NCBI GenBank assembly: GCA_964016885.1
Contig: OZ024756.1
Location: 1,054,001-1,118,000 of the forward strand
DNA length: 64,000 nt
Direction: 5' to 3'
DNA from: Eledone cirrhosa
Lineage: Eukaryota
This document shows positions 1-13,340 of this stretch, one piece after another (within the stretch, counting starts at the first letter, position 1; every line of letters starts with the position of its first letter). Below the pieces are notes generated by a model. The model was given only the letters and a program-made list of their open reading frames with translations, did not search any database and was not told the DNA's origin. Made by a program: the position numbers and the translations under genes.

Positions 1-240
1 AGAGACTTGCATGACGTGGAGGTGGATGTCTTTAAGAAACATCTCGACACCTTGTTATCCTGGATCCCGGATGAGCCCACAGCAAAACACTAGGGAAACC
101 TAAGGGCAGCAGCAACAAACTCCCTTTTACACCAGTGGCCAACCTATACAGGCTGGAGATAAAATGTGTAGCAACAAGGGCGGTGCCCCAGCATGGCCTC
201 AGCCGGATGGCTGAAACAGGTAAAAGAGTAAAAGAGTAAT
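1..240 (+). mobile_element. 3' end fragment of a CR1-clade LINE
   Basis: Translates [26 protein letters not shown]...AAATNSL, the FKxxLDxxL..IPDxP..NSL C-terminal pattern also seen in the CR1 3' end at 26860-26960. It ends in a short GTAAAAGA repeat tail followed by (TA)n. Confidence 0.7.
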
Positions 241-253
241 ATATATATATCTG

Positions 254-284
<31 letters not shown>

Positions 285-303
285 CTGTCTATATATATAG
301 ATC

Positions 304-394
<91 letters not shown>

Positions 395-417
395 GTATAT
401 ATATATATATATATATA

Positions 418-504
<87 letters not shown>

Positions 505-532
505 GTATATATATATATATATATATATATAA
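241..532. repeat. (TA)n microsatellite
   Basis: Direct inspection; one of dozens of such tracts in the window. Confidence 0.95.
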
Positions 533-573
533 TAAATAACAAAGAACGCCTATAGCATATGCATATCTTTACT

Positions 574-619
574 TGCTAACATTGTTTCATCCGCACTATA
601 AGTGGGACTCATCAGAGAC
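574..619 (-). ncRNA. Minimal hammerhead ribozyme motif, family A (weak stem I)
   Basis: Minus strand reads CTGATGA-gtcccacttatagtgcggat-GAAA-caatg-TT-agca. Same family as 4186-4231. Confidence 0.55.
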
Positions 620-698
620 TTATACTGCCTGTTGGATAAGTGGAGTGTTATACACCCCTGATCCTCTCCCTAGTATAATATATATATATATATATATG

Positions 699-729
<31 letters not shown>

Positions 730-802
730 CTGTATATATATATATATATATATATATCTGTATATAAATAAATATATATATATTTATATATATATTTGTA
801 TG

Positions 803-895
<93 letters not shown>

Positions 896-975
896 TATAC
901 TAGGGAGAGGATCAGGGGTGTATAACACTCCACTTATCCAACAGGCAGTATAAGTCTCTGATGAGTCTTATATAT

Positions 976-1493
976 ATTGTTATACTTTGGGAGGGTCATG
1001 TTGCCAATAAGAAACACACGCACCAGTTGCTTTCACTTCAATTTATTATATATTTATAAATTTACAATTTATAAATTGCTGGTTGGTTGGTTGGTTCCAC
1101 AACCAGATAGTTGTTTTTATATAGTCATAGTTCTTTCGTCACACACTCTGTGACCTCTTTAGTGACTGGGGATTCCTTTCTTTGTTTCTGTGCCTCTCCT
1201 TTGTTCTGTCCTACGTCATTTTGTTTCTGTGTGTGTGTTGTGTGCTCAGTCTGCGCATCCGCCACATCCGGGTGTCTGTGTGTGTTTATGTTCATTTATT
1301 TATTTGTTTATTTACATGTTACTGGTTGGTTGTTTGTTCTATGTTTGTGTGTGTTTTCATTTTGACCTTAATTGTAAGTTGTGATATTGCTGTTCCACTC
1401 ATGTTTTCTATTTAATTTTGGTTGTAATTCTTTTATGTTTATTGCCTCTGTGATTTGTCTAAACATTGCGTCTTTTCTGTGTGTAGATTCTAT
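976..1493 (-). mobile_element. Solo 3' end/pLTR copy of the PLE at 5915-8255
   Basis: Reverse complement matches about 7740-8255, including the GIY-YIG C-terminus (ESTHRKDAMFRQITEAINIKELQPKLN). Its HHR at 1123-1167 has core CTAAAGA (G5 mutated). Confidence 0.85.
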
Positions 1494-2111
1494 GCATATA
1501 CGCATAAACATACACACACCCACGAACATACATACACACACACACTCACACACACATATATGTGTATATACTATTATCATAAGCATATGGACATTAATGC
1601 GCGCACATAAACACTGCCACACATATTTAGATCAAGATACAGAAAGTAGGTGGGGGGAGGGCGGGTGTTTATGTGCGCGCATTAATGTCCATATGCTTAT
1701 GATAATAGTATATACACATATATGTGTGTGTGTGAGTGTGTGTGTGTGTATGTTTATGCGTATATGCGCGTGTGTGTGTGAATGTATGTATATGTGTGAG
1801 TATATGAATGTGTATATATTTATTTTTATATTTATATGTTTATATGCGTATATGTATTTTATCTGTAGATTATAAACATACAGAGATATTAGCCCTGAAT
1901 TTTTGTATTTACATACATCTTTTCGGCATGCGTATGCATGTGAACATATATTTTTATACATATCTGTGAACGAAGTTACTTACATATATACACACACCTA
2001 ACTGTATAAACTTTTTGTGTTTCCATTGGTCAATTTGAACTATGTTCCCAAACAGACCTGTAATCAAACAGACCTGTAATTTTGAATTGTTGTTATTATC
2101 AATAAATATAT

Positions 2112-2265
2112 TTCATTATTTCTGAAGACGGCATATATATGAGTTGGTATGTATATTTAATTTTGATAGTTTGTATAATTTTGTATAATTTTGTACATAG
2201 ATCTGTTAAATATACATGCCAATTCTAACACATATATATCCCAGAAACGATCGTTAAATAATGAA
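2112..2265 (+). ncRNA. Hammerhead ribozyme motif with very long stem II
   Basis: ttcattattt-CTGAAGA-[115 nt containing the fold-back agttggtatgtatatttaa/ttaaatatacatgccaatt]-GAAA-cgatcg-TT-aaataatgaa. Stem I is a perfect 10 bp and stem III is palindromic. Confidence 0.7.
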
Positions 2266-2328
2266 CTTTTTTTGTTTAATATAAGGAACTGTTTCATTGT
2301 TTTATTCATTATTTTTTTAATATTTTAC

Positions 2329-2393
<65 letters not shown>

Positions 2394-2538
2394 TATATAT
2401 ATACACATATATATACAGATATATATATATATACAGATATATATATATATATACATACAGATATATATATATACATATATATATACAGATATATATATAT
2501 ATATACATACAGATATATATATACATATATATATACAG

Positions 2539-2569
<31 letters not shown>

Positions 2570-2641
2570 CAGATATATATATATATATATCTGTATGTAT
2601 ATATATATATATATCTGTATGTATATATATATATATATCTG

Positions 2642-2672
<31 letters not shown>

Positions 2673-2830
2673 CTGTATGTATATATATATATATATATAT
2701 CTGTATGTATATATATATATATATCTGTATGTATATATATATATATATATCTGTATGTATATATATATATATATATATCTGTATGTATATATATATTATT
2801 ATTATGTAATAAACAACATAAGGCAATTAT

Positions 2831-2888
2831 TCCATTTACCAGTGGTTTCTTAAAAGCAAAAGGTTTTGCTTTCAATCCTCAGAATGAA
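2831..2888 (-). ncRNA. Hammerhead ribozyme motif, family C
   Basis: Minus strand: ttcatt-CTGAGGA-ttgaaagcaaaa cc ttttgcttttaa-GAAA-ccactgg-TA-aatgga. Confidence 0.8.
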
Positions 2889-3090
2889 AAATCCTGGTTT
2901 GTTTATTGAATATGGATTCTAAAAACAAAAATGCAATCTATATGAAAGTGAGGCTGGAAAAGGGAGAAGGAAAGGAAAAATAAAATAAAATAAAACTACA
3001 CATGCAAACACACACAAAAAAACACAAAAGCATACTTACACACACACACATATATACACATATAATTTGCACGCATACACATATACACAT

Positions 3091-3138
<48 letters not shown>

Positions 3139-3197
3139 AGCGTACACCTACACACACATACACATATATACACACATATACACATACATATATTCAT

Positions 3198-3241
<44 letters not shown>

Positions 3242-3288
3242 ACACACACACACATACACACACACATATATATACACATGTACATATC

Positions 3289-3342
<54 letters not shown>

Positions 3343-3777
3343 CATATACACATATATACACATATACATACACACACATGTGTGTGTACAAGCCTACACA
3401 TACACACACACATATATATACACACACATATACATACATTCACACAAACATACAACGTACATACATACACATACATGAATGCACTCCACTACATATTAAC
3501 ACACGCAAATAAATATAAGAAAAAAATATATAAATAATATTAACAAATATTTGACAGCGATACATGCCCCAGCTAACAGGACAGACACGCGTGGTAAGTA
3601 ATACACACATAAGCACATATACATACGTTCGAAATAGTAAACACATACACACACTCTCACACATAAATATACATATACAAATACATAAACACGTACATAC
3701 ACATACATACGCAAACACGTACACGTATACAATATAAACACACACATGTATATGTAATTATATACACACACACACAC

Positions 3778-3830
<53 letters not shown>

Positions 3831-4185
3831 CAAAAATATAAAAATATAAACGCACACACACATATAAATACGTAAACACACATATACATACATAGCTAAA
3901 CAATTATACACATGCAAATACGTATATATCAAAAGAACGCACAACCAAATACAAACACACACACATATATACACACACCCACACCCACACACAAACCCAC
4001 ACATACATAAAAATAAATAAAAACACACGCAACATATACATACATACACATACATATACATATATACATATATACATATACATATATATATATACACATA
4101 TATATATATAAATATATAGTATGCTAGGGAAAGGATCAGGGGTGTATAGGTAAAGGAATGTAATTTGGTATGTAATTAACCTTTA

Positions 4186-4231
4186 TGCTCTGATGAGTCC
4201 CACTTATAGTGCGGATGAAACAATGTTAGCA
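4186..4231 (+). ncRNA. Minimal hammerhead ribozyme motif, family A
   Basis: tgct-CTGATGA-gtcccacttatagtgcggat-GAAA-caatg-TT-agca. Stem I extends as cttta/taaag. Confidence 0.7.
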
Positions 4232-4452
4232 AGTAAAGATATACCTATGCTCTAAGCGTTCTTTGTTATTTATTTATTATATAAATATATATATATATAT
4301 ACACACATACACGTACACATACACACATGCATACACATACACACACACATATACATGTGTGTATGTGTAAAGCTCAGTATTAGATAAGACAAATGAACCT
4401 TACATAAACGTATATATAGTAGTAAAGTAATAAAGCCACACAAGGCAATTAA

Positions 4453-4510
4453 TCCATTCACCAGAGGTTTCTTAAAAGCAAAAAAAGTTTCCTTCAATCT
4501 TCAGAATGAA
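4453..4510 (-). ncRNA. Hammerhead motif family C, probably inactive copy
   Basis: Core CTGAAGA and GAAA are intact, but the cleavage triplet is GTG and stem II has decayed. Confidence 0.55.
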
Positions 4511-4586
4511 AAAAAGCCCTGGTTTATCCACATATACATACATATACACACACAAATATACAAATATATACACACATACAGACACG

Positions 4587-4652
<66 letters not shown>

Positions 4653-5574
4653 CAGACATATATACATACACATATATACACATACATATATATACATACA
4701 TACATACACATATATATACATACACAAACATATACGTACACATATACATATATACACACAAAAATACATACACATACACATAGGTATGTGAAGGGCAAAA
4801 CAAAAAGAATATATGGGGGGGGGGGGGGGCTAAGAGGAGGTAAAAATATAAGGGGAGGTAAGGGAGAAAAATTTTTTTTAAATACAAGAGTACAGAAGGT
4901 AGAAGCAGCAAAATAAAAGCCGTAGCAAAAGTAAAGAGCAGAGAAGGAGTTCAAGGCGGTTGATTTATCGTAGGAGTGTCAATCCAGTTACAGATCAGAT
5001 GCGATTTCAGATGAGGACAGCATCTGACTGTAGTCTGACATTACTATCGACCTTTCTTCCTCTTTCTTTCTATCTTCCTTCTTGTAGCCATCAACCCTTA
5101 CACTTCTACTTCTTCCTTTTCTCCCTTCTCTTCTCCCCTCTTTCTGTCTTCCTCCCGCAGACTTATCTTCCTTCCCCCTTTTTGTTCGCCCATATCTGAC
5201 CAGTAGTAGTTGTTTAGACACGGGTCCCGTAGAATAAAAAAATTTCTTCGCGACAATCCTGGCCTGACTGTAATACCGACATTTCCTCCTCTTTCTTTCT
5301 ATCTTTCTTCTTATAGCTGACATTAACCCTGGCTTCTCCTCTTCTTCCTTCCCCCTTCTTCTCTCTCCTTTTCTTTCTTTCTTTTGTCTTGTAACTTATG
5401 TCCCAATCCCTTTCTGTTTTCCTTTATCTGACCGGTAGTAGCACACTGTGAGCCTTAGCCACGTCACTCGAGGGCGACCGGCTAAGGTAGAGGGTGCAAG
5501 ATAGCGGTCGCCCTCGGGTCCTCGATTTTCAGCCCCATGGATTTTATCTATTACATTCACGTATTATATTTCGA

Positions 5575-5632
5575 ATACCTGATGATATCACCGGATTCAT
5601 ACGGAACCCGGTCATTGAAATGATCATAGTAT
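5575..5632 (+). ncRNA. Hammerhead ribozyme motif, family E
   Basis: atac-CTGATGA-tatcaccgg...ccggtcatt-GAAA-tgatca-TA-gtat. It lies in a roughly 370-bp repeat (5460-5828) that recurs inverted at about 33600-33960. Confidence 0.75.
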
Positions 5633-5825
5633 AATAAACCTTTCAAGGATTTACACAAATCCAGCCTCCTGTCATTTCATTATAATATTTAACTCCGTAA
5701 TAGCACCACCAACTACAAAAAACAAAGTCGGTTGAACTGCTTTACGTTGAGTACTCTCTATATTATTACATTGCGATTGACCATACGGAATAGACCATCT
5801 CTATACAGTGGTGAACCACAAACCA

Positions 5826-5903
<78 letters not shown>

Positions 5904-6065
5904 GTATATATATATTGTTATACTTTGGGAGGGTCATGTTGCCAATAAGAAACACACGCACCAGTTACTTTCACTTCAATTTATTATAATAAATTTATAA
6001 ATTGAGGAATTTATAAATTTCCGGTTGATTGGTTGGTTCCACAAACGTATGGTTGTTTATATATT

Positions 6066-6108
6066 GTCAAAGTTCTTTCGTCACACATTCTGTGACCTCT
6101 TCAGTGAC
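6066..6108 (-). ncRNA. Hammerhead motif family B (pLTR of the PLE)
   Basis: gtca-CTGAAGA-ggtcacagaatgtgtgac-GAAA-gaac-TT-tgac. Confidence 0.7.
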
Positions 6109-6482
6109 TGGGGATTCTTTTCTTTGTTTTTGTGCCTCTCCTTTGTTCTGACCTACGCCATTTTGTTTCTGTGTGTGTGTTGTGTGCTCAGTCTGCGCAT
6201 GCGCCACATCCGGGTGTCTGTGTGTGTTTATATTCGTTTATTTATTTGTTTATTTACATGTTACAGGTTGGTTGTTTGTTCTATGTGCGTGTGTGTTTTC
6301 ATTTTGTCCTTAATTGTAAGTTGTGATGTTGCTGTTCCACTCATGTTTTCTATTTAATTTTGGTTGTAATTCTTTTATGTTTATTGCCTCTGTGATTTGT
6401 CTAAACATTGCGTCTTTTCTGTGTGTAGATTCTATTTTTATTTCTATGTTCTCTAATTTACCCTTATGTTTTATTTTAGCAT

Positions 6483-7862
6483 CAATACGGACACCCGAAA
6501 ACCACGATGAACTGAAGAAAATGATTGCACATGCGGTAGGGGCCAGCATAAAACTAACCCTTAAGGAACATATGTTCAAATTTAATGGAAAAACATATGC
6601 CCATAAGGAAGGAGCAGCCATTGGTGTTAGCATTGCAGGCGACATAGCTAACTTATTCATGGTATGGTGGGAAGTAGACTTAAACTTAAAGACAATTAGA
6701 AGACCCCTTAACCCTGATAATGTACTCCCGCTACGTAGATGATATAAACATCGTAGTTAAGACACCCCCACTAGAGAACAGTCAGGAACTAGAGAAAAAC
6801 ACAATGGAAAGCATCCAGCAAATAGCAAACTCCATCCACCAGAGCATTAGAGTTACTATAGACCACCCAAGTAAACACCCCAACCATCGATTACCTGTAC
6901 TAGACACAGAGCTCTGGTTAGATATCATTAATAACAAAAAACAAATCCTCCATTCCCATTATGCCAAACCCATGACTTCTAAACATCTGATCCACCGAAA
7001 CTCGGCCGTTTCGGACCATACCAAAATCAATATACTGATTGCGGATTTGGTACGGGTGATGAGAAACGTGTCCCGCATGTGCAACCCCGAAGAACTAGAG
7101 AGACACATACAACACTTCATCCACCGTATGCAGTTCTGTGGCTACAATCAGAGAAATAAAATCAGAATGTATAGAGGAGCCAGAACTAAATGGGAAAAAA
7201 TGGTAAATAATGACATAAATGGGACCTGCCCCTTGTATAGGAGCAAATTTTGGAATAGAGTAGAAACAACTAGGAATAAGGCTAATAGAATAAACTCATG
7301 GTATGATAGCAATAAATACCAGAGTGTAATGTTCATCGATACAACCCCTAGAGGTGAATTAGCTTACAAATTTAGAAGGGCCCTAAATAAACATAAACTC
7401 AATATTAAGATAGTAGAAAGACCAGGTACCTCCGTAAAAACACTTATTAGCAAGACATACCCTTTCCAAACACCCTCATGTATAGATAAGAAATGTATAA
7501 CCTGTAAAATAAGCCCCCATATTAACTGTAAAACTAGAAATGTAGTGTATAGCATAAGATGTACTGAAGGACAATGTAGAGACAAAAATATAGTGTACAT
7601 AGGTGAGATAGCTCGTAGTGTAGGGGAACGGATAAATGAACACTGGCGAGACCTTCAAGATAGTAAAGAATCATCTGTACTTTACCAACATGCTAAAATA
7701 GAACACAAGGGTAAATTAGAGAACATAGAAATAAAAATAGAATCTACACACAGAAAAGACGCAATGTTTAGACAAATTACAGAGGCAATAAACATAAAAG
7801 AATTACAACCAAAATTAAATAGAAAATATGAGTTGAACAGCAACATCACAACTTACAATTAA
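6483..7862 (+). pseudogene. PLE reverse transcriptase / GIY-YIG endonuclease, truncated and frameshifted
   Basis: FKFNGKTYAHKEGAAIG..IANLFM in one frame shifts near 6670-6720 to YSRYVDD..LPVLD..YAKPM..CIDKKCITC..NVVYSIRC..YIGEIARSVGERINEH. Confidence 0.88.
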
Positions 7863-8062
7863 GGACGAAATGAAAACACACACACACATAGAACAAACAA
7901 CCAACCAGTAACATGTAAATAAACAAATAAATAAATGAACAGAAACACACACAGACACCCGGATGTGGCGCATGCGCAGACTGAGCACACAACACACACA
8001 CAGAAACAAAATGGCGTAGGACAGAACAAAGGAGAGGCACAGAAACAAAGAAAGAAATCCCC

Positions 8063-8107
8063 AGTCACTGAAGAGGTCACAGAGTGTGTGACAAAAGAAC
8101 TATGACT
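8063..8107 (+). ncRNA. Hammerhead motif family B with G12 mutated
   Basis: agtca-CTGAAGA-ggtcacagagtgtgtgac-AAAA-gaac-TA-tgact. Confidence 0.55.
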
Positions 8108-8372
8108 ATATATAAACAACTATCTGGTTGTGGAACCAACCAACCAACCAGAAATTTATAAATTTATAAATTTATTATAAATTTATTATAATAAATTGAA
8201 GTGAAACAACTGGTGCGTGTGTTTCTTATTGGCAACATGACCCTCCCAAAGTATACATATTTATATATTTATATATATATATATATACATACATATTTAT
8301 ATATATATATATATATATATACATACATATTTATATATATATAGATATATATATATATATACATATTTATAA

Positions 8373-8465
<93 letters not shown>

Positions 8466-8564
8466 CTTGGCAACTTGTTGGTACGGACCTGAATTGTTGA
8501 ACGTCCAGATTTGAAATTTTAAAATCTTAAATCGACATTAATCGGTTTTATGTATGGCTTTAAT

Positions 8565-8764
8565 NNNNNNNNNNNNNNNNNNNNNNNNNNNNNNNNNNNN
8601 NNNNNNNNNNNNNNNNNNNNNNNNNNNNNNNNNNNNNNNNNNNNNNNNNNNNNNNNNNNNNNNNNNNNNNNNNNNNNNNNNNNNNNNNNNNNNNNNNNNN
8701 NNNNNNNNNNNNNNNNNNNNNNNNNNNNNNNNNNNNNNNNNNNNNNNNNNNNNNNNNNNNNNNN
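8565..8764. other. Assembly gap (200 N)
   Basis: Run of 200 Ns. Confidence 1.
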
Positions 8765-9330
8765 TGGAAGCAAAGATTGGGAATACGGAAGATGATGTGG
8801 TTGAGAGGAAGAGCAAGGCCTGGGTGGCGTGTCACTGCTTGAGATCGGTGTGGAAGTCGGACCTTCGTAGAGACCTGAAAATCCGCCTCTTCATTGCTGT
8901 AGTGGAGTCTGTGCTGCTGTATGGGTGTGAGACTTGGACACTGACCAAGAGACTCACTCAGATGGTGGATGGGTGCTACACGAGAATGCTGAGGATGGCT
9001 CTGAACATTAATCAGTATACACTGAGGATGAAAAACTCAGAGCTGTATGGGAGCATCCCAAAAGTCAGCTCAAAAGTGACACAGAGGAGACTGAGGTTGG
9101 CTGGACATGCTCACCGACATCCTGAGTTGACATTGCACTCAGTGCTCCTTTGGAAGCCCCTACATGGACACACTAGAAGAGGAAGACCAAGGTTAACATA
9201 TGTTGATGCCCCAAGGACAGACACTGGTCTGTTGGAGATGCAGGATATAGCAGCGATAATGAGGGACAGAGACCGCTGGAGAGAACTCGTCCATGGATCT
9301 CGGGAATTTTACCCGCCTTAGATAGATATA
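8765..9330 (+). mobile_element. RTE-type LINE 3' fragment
   Basis: KIRLFIAVVESVLLYGCETWTL...RRLRLAGH...[10 protein letters not shown]...DRDRWR, followed by a TAGA/TA tail. Confidence 0.85.
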
Positions 9331-9340
9331 TATATATATA

Positions 9341-9378
<38 letters not shown>

Positions 9379-9577
9379 TATATATATATATATAGTATAT
9401 ATATATATATATATATATAGTATATAGATATATATAGTATATATATATATATATATATAGTATATATATATATATATATATATAGTATATATATATATAT
9501 ATAGTATATATATATATATGTATATGTATATATATATATGTATATGTATATATATGTATATATATATATATATATAG

Positions 9578-9617
<40 letters not shown>

Positions 9618-9642
9618 GTATATATATATATATAGTATATAT

Positions 9643-9688
<46 letters not shown>

Positions 9689-9690
9689 TA

Positions 9691-9729
<39 letters not shown>

Positions 9730-9752
9730 TAGTATATTTATATATGTATATG

Positions 9753-9784
<32 letters not shown>

Positions 9785-9795
9785 TATAGTATATT

Positions 9796-9861
<66 letters not shown>

Positions 9862-9938
9862 TGTATATGTATATATATATATGTATATGTATATATATGT
9901 ATATGTATATATATGTATATGTATATATATGTATATGT

Positions 9939-9984
<46 letters not shown>

Positions 9985-10023
9985 TATATATATATATAGT
10001 ATATATATATATATATAGTATAT

Positions 10024-10413
10024 ATCTATCAATCTAAGGCGGGTAAAATTCCCGAGATCCATGGACGAGTTCTCTCCAGCGGTCTCTGTCCCTCATTATC
10101 GCTGCCATATCCTGCATCTCCAACAGACCAGTGTCTGTCCTTAGTGCATCAACATATGTTAACCTTGGTCTTCCTCTTCTAGTGTGTCCATGTAGGGGCT
10201 CCCAAAGGAGCACTGAGTGCAATGTCAACTCTGGATGTCGGTGAGCATGTCCAGCCAACCTCAGTCTCCTCTGTGTCACTTTTGAGCTGACTTTTGGGAT
10301 GCTCCCATACAGCTCTGAGTTTTTCATCCTCAGTGTATACTGATTAATGTTCAGAGCCATCCTCAGCATTCTCGTGTAGCACCCATCCACCATCTGAGTG
10401 ACTTTCTTGGTCA
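10024..10413 (-). mobile_element. RTE-type LINE 3' fragment, inverted relative to 8765-9330
   Basis: Near-identical reverse complement of about 8942-9330. Confidence 0.85.
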
Positions 10414-11069
10414 GGGAAGGGATACAGCTAAAATAGCCGACACATAAATCACGTCCAGTGTAGAGGAGAAAAAGAAAGAAAGATGATATATTTAAAATAT
10501 ATTAAAAATATATTATGTCTCATCCATTTGAATTATCAATTTTTATGAATTAGGTATTATAATGTAAATATCAGTATTCATGAATGAGACACATATCCAT
10601 AATGTGTGAAAAAATGACCCCATGCTTAGTTTAAAAATTCTTAGGTCTATAAGCAAAATCCGAGATAAAACTTCAAACATAAGTATATATGCATTCTCAT
10701 GAAAAAAGAAAAAAGAGAAAAGAGAAGGTTATCTCAAATTCAAGTTGATAAATATAGACACACATGTGAACTTACGTGATATGCTCCACAGATTCTTATA
10801 TTTCATGAAAATCTTCATTGCGTTACAAAAGATTCCACCCTACATATATGTACATACATATATATATATAGACAGAAAATATACATTAACATTTAAAGTA
10901 ATATTCCTGCCTCACTGGCATGATTATCGATCAAGCATAGAATAGACAACAGATATCAATATAAAAAATTAAAAACGCCAAGAATATCTTCGTCACTCCA
11001 CAGAGTATCTAGGGACGCAAGAGAACGTAGTATGCCACGCATATCAGTCACATAAAACCACCCTTCCAG

Positions 11070-11470
11070 TATATATAGTATATATATATATATATATATA
11101 TATAGTATATATATAGTATATATATATATAGTATATATATAGTATATATATATAGTATATATAATATATATATATATATACTATATATACTATATATATA
11201 ATATATAAATATATACTATATATACTATATATATAATATACATATATATATAAATATATATATATATAGTATATATAGTATATATATATATATAGTATAT
11301 ATATATATATATATATATAGTATATATAGTATATATATATATATAGTATATATAATATATATAATATATATATATATATATAAATATATATATAGTATAT
11401 ATAGTATATATATATATATTATATATTATATATATATATATTATATATATATATAGTATATATAATATAT

Positions 11471-11505
<35 letters not shown>

Positions 11506-11988
11506 TATATAGTATATATTATATATATATATTATATATATATATATATATTATATATATATATATAGTATATATATATATATAGTATATATAATATATA
11601 TAATATATATATATATATAATATATATAATATATATATATAGTATATATATATAATATATATATAGTATATATATATATATATAATATATATAATATATA
11701 TAGTATATATATATAATATATATATAGTATATATATATATAATATATATATAGTATATATATATATATATATAATATATATATAGTATATATATAGTATA
11801 TATAATTGTTTCTACTTTTGGCACAAGGCCAGCAATTACCCAGTGCATTACTGGTACTTTATTTTATCGAACCCGTAAGGATGAAAGGCAAAGTTAACTT
11901 CGGCGGGGTTTGAACTCAGATCATAAAGGGACGTAACTCTATGCTTCAAAGCATGGTGTCCGACTCTCTACCGATACTGCCAATCCCC

Positions 11989-12033
<45 letters not shown>

Positions 12034-12804
12034 TATATATATATGTATATATAATATATATAATATATATATTATATATATATAATATATATATATATAT
12101 ATAATATATATACTATATATATATAGTATATATAATATATATAATATATATATATATATAATATATTAACTATATATATATAGTATATATAATATATATA
12201 ATATATATATATAATATATATATATATATAATATATATACTATATATATATAGTATATATATAATATATATATATAATATATATATATATATATAATATA
12301 TATACTATATATATATAATATATATATATAATATATATACTATATATATATAGTATATATATAATATATATATATATTATATATATATCTGTAATATATA
12401 TATATGTAATATATATATATAGTACATATATAATATATATATATAGTATATATATAATATATATATATATAGTATATATAGAATATATATATATAGTATA
12501 TATATATATATATGGTATATATATATATAGTATATATATAATATATATATATATATAGTATATATATATATATATAAATACAAATATATATATATATAGT
12601 ATATATATATAAATACATATATATATATATATAGTATATATATATATATAAATACATATATATATATATACATAGTATATATATATATATAAAGTATATA
12701 TATATATAAATAGATATATTTATATGAATATATATATATCCATAGTATATATATATAAATACATATATATACATATATATATACATATATATATATGTAT
12801 GTAT

Positions 12805-12841
<37 letters not shown>

Positions 12842-12953
12842 CATAGTATATATATATATAGTATATATATATATAAGTAAATATATATATATGTATATAT
12901 ATATATAGTATATATATAGTATATATATATATAGTATATATATATATAAATAA

Positions 12954-12984
<31 letters not shown>

Positions 12985-13086
12985 TAGTATACATATAGTA
13001 TATATATATATAGTATATATATATATAAATACATATATATACATAGTATATATATATATATATATATAGTATATATATATATAAAT
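11070..13086. repeat. Degenerate (TA)n tract interrupted by a SINE
   Basis: Direct inspection. Confidence 0.9.
11803..11990 (-). mobile_element. tRNA-derived SINE (octopod-type, MetaSINE-like core)
   Basis: Minus strand has A-box-like TGGCAGTATCGG, B-box-like GTTCAAACC and core tttgcctttcatccttacgg..tcgataaaataa.agtacca. Many copies in the window. Confidence 0.75.
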
Positions 13087-13293
13087 ATAGTATTAGTTAT
13101 ACTATTTATGGTTATGTAAACACAAAACCTTAAGCAGTTGTAAGTATTTTACACACACCCTAAATAGTGGTAGGCAGTAATGTATTACTACCTTATTACC
13201 AGTAAGTTAAGTAGCTCAATGTAAAAACATCAGATGATTTACAGAGCAGTTATATGAAATATAAGAATCAAAGAACTGTTCAAAACATTATTG

Positions 13294-13340
13294 TGCTTAC
13301 AGCTGTTTCCTCCAAACCGAGGTTTGGATTCTTCGGAGCA
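13294..13340 (-). ncRNA. Hammerhead motif in the pLTR of the inverted PLE copy
   Basis: Identical to 16440-16486. Confidence 0.7.

Larger units (their letters stand above)
5915..8255 (+). mobile_element. 5'-truncated Penelope-like element (clade uncertain, Neptune/Nematis-like) with an inverted copy of its own 3' end
   Basis: 5915-6482 is the reverse complement of about 7691-8255. The forward part encodes RT motifs and a GIY-YIG domain. Both ends abut (TA)n. Confidence 0.88.
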
